DNA from: Lingula anatina
Lineage: Eukaryota; Animalia; Brachiopoda
Direction: 5' to 3'
NCBI GenBank assembly: GCA_051362555.1
Contig: CM120645.1
Coordinates: 14,694,001-14,758,000 of the forward strand
DNA length: 64,000 bases
The notes under the pieces were generated by a model. It was not told the DNA's origin and ran no database searches. It saw only the letters and a program-made list of their open reading frames with translations. Positions 62,637-64,000 of the stretch are shown here, piece by piece (position 1 is the stretch's first letter; each line of letters opens with the position of its first letter). The translations under genes were made by a program, and so were the position numbers.

Positions 62637-63263
62637 GAGCCATCTCATTCATAGGTACGCCATATTTTGCCCGAGTGTACCCAGGAGCGCCTGCGGGAAC
62701 CCACGTAATCACCGTAACAGCAGTGCCATCTAGCGGCATCACAACCGGGCAACCGATACGCTACTATATTTCGAATAACGCTAACAAATATTTCTCTATA
62801 GACCATACAAGTGGAAAAATCGAGGTGAAGAAATCATACTCTACTTCAAAGGGACAGCAGTTCATTTTCGACGTTATTGCCAGACAAGGATCCAAGATAG
62901 GACAGACAAGAGTTTCTGTAGAGATATCAGAAGAGAATAAATACCCCCCAGTTTTTTCTCGTCCGTCTTACAACACTGTCGTATGGCGACGAAGTAGCGT
63001 CGGAACGACGATTCTGATCGTCAGTACGTCGGACAATGATACGGCGCCGTACAACCGACTCGTAAGGTATAGCGTCAACGCGACAAGCAGCGGGTCTTCA
63101 TATTTTTCGATAGACGCTAGAAGCGGAAAAGTTAATCTAAGGCAGCAGCTGCCGCAGGCACGAAGTGTGACACAAATAGAGGCCACTATAGTTGCCACAG
63201 ACCCAGGTGTGCCTGAAATAACAGCTTCTGCAACGCTGTCGGTCAATATTTCTTTAATATCAG
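62637..63263 (+). CDS. Host exon encoding two cadherin repeats
   Basis: ttccag| acceptor and G|gtaggt donor; motifs ENKYPPVF, TSDND, YFSID..SG and ATDPG. Confidence 0.88.
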
Positions 63264-63496
63264 GTAGGTGCTTTCTTTTAGATACTAATTGTTTTTGCGA
63301 TAGAGGCATGCACCAAATTGCAGCTGTTAGCCCACTTCTCATGGAACAGAAATTAGAATTGCCTCTCATCAATTGTTTGTTGCAGATAATTTATTGGATA
63401 TTCCTTTTCTACTGTAAACAATGAGAAAAGTCTGCCTCAAACAAGTATAGCCTACTAATTTGTGTAATTCATTTTCCTCATGTATTTATTCCTCAG

Positions 63497-63790
63497 AACC
63501 AACACAACTGGAAACAAAATTTTCAAATGAGACAACAGTATTGTTGTGTTGGCGCGAGCCAGCGCATGGTTCACAAATCAAAGGCTATCTGGTGGAATAT
63601 TGGCCAATTGACAGCTACGATGCCAGGAGGTCCGAGACTGTAAGGGCAGACAAATTTTCCTCTCTCTACTGCACGACGGTGGGAAATCTGACATCTTGGG
63701 ACGTGTATCATTTTCAAGTATCAGCATATAACGATGATGGCTACGGTGTTCCAAGCGTGATTCCAAATGTTCCGACTGTTCCACGAGGTG
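63497..63790 (+). CDS. Host exon encoding a fibronectin type III domain; gene continues beyond the window
   Basis: cctcag| acceptor in phase 1; W.EP...IKGYLVEY...NLT....YHFQVSAYN..GYG.PS; G|gtacgt donor. Confidence 0.85.
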
Positions 63791-64000
63791 GTACGTATTT
63801 TACCGTAGTTTGATTGTATGTTGAACTTTCATGTGTCCAACCTGTTATAATGGTTTTGAATTTTACTACTTTTACAAATTTGCGCAAACACATATATATA
63901 TAAAGGGTTTACTAAACTATATAGGTTATTGCTTCAAATTGACCAACGATAATAAGTACTAGTAATGTTTCTTTTTTCAAACGTTGTACATAGTAGGCCT

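Noticed and set aside
62968-63372. Minus-strand 134-aa ORF
   Set aside because: Antisense shadow of the cadherin exon.

Overview
AT-rich, intron-containing invertebrate (metazoan) genomic DNA in three parts. (1) 1-25.6 kb: two tandem arrays of tRNA-Ala(AGC) genes (~0.5 kb unit; a degraded array at 1.0-5.3 kb and a homogeneous one at 20.6-25.0 kb, plus lone copies). Between them lie two spliced genes for small secreted peptides that the ORF track misses. One is a 113-aa signal + cationic peptide + anionic propeptide precursor that looks like an antimicrobial peptide. The other is a 104-aa signal + Gly/His-repeat protein. (2) 25.6-47.9 kb: mostly non-coding, with microsatellites, the signal-peptide exon of a cadherin/FN3 gene, a tRNA-Trp and a palindromic Tc1 relic. 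(3) 47.9-62.5 kb: an apparently complete 14.5-kb Polinton/Maverick with ~217-bp TIRs and a CACACA TSD, encoding integrase, minor and major capsid, protease, ATPase and pPolB. It also carries a BIR (IAP-type) gene and has a spliceosomal intron inside pPolB motif B, and it sits in an intron of the cadherin/FN3 gene. All calls come from reading the sequence by eye; no searches were run.
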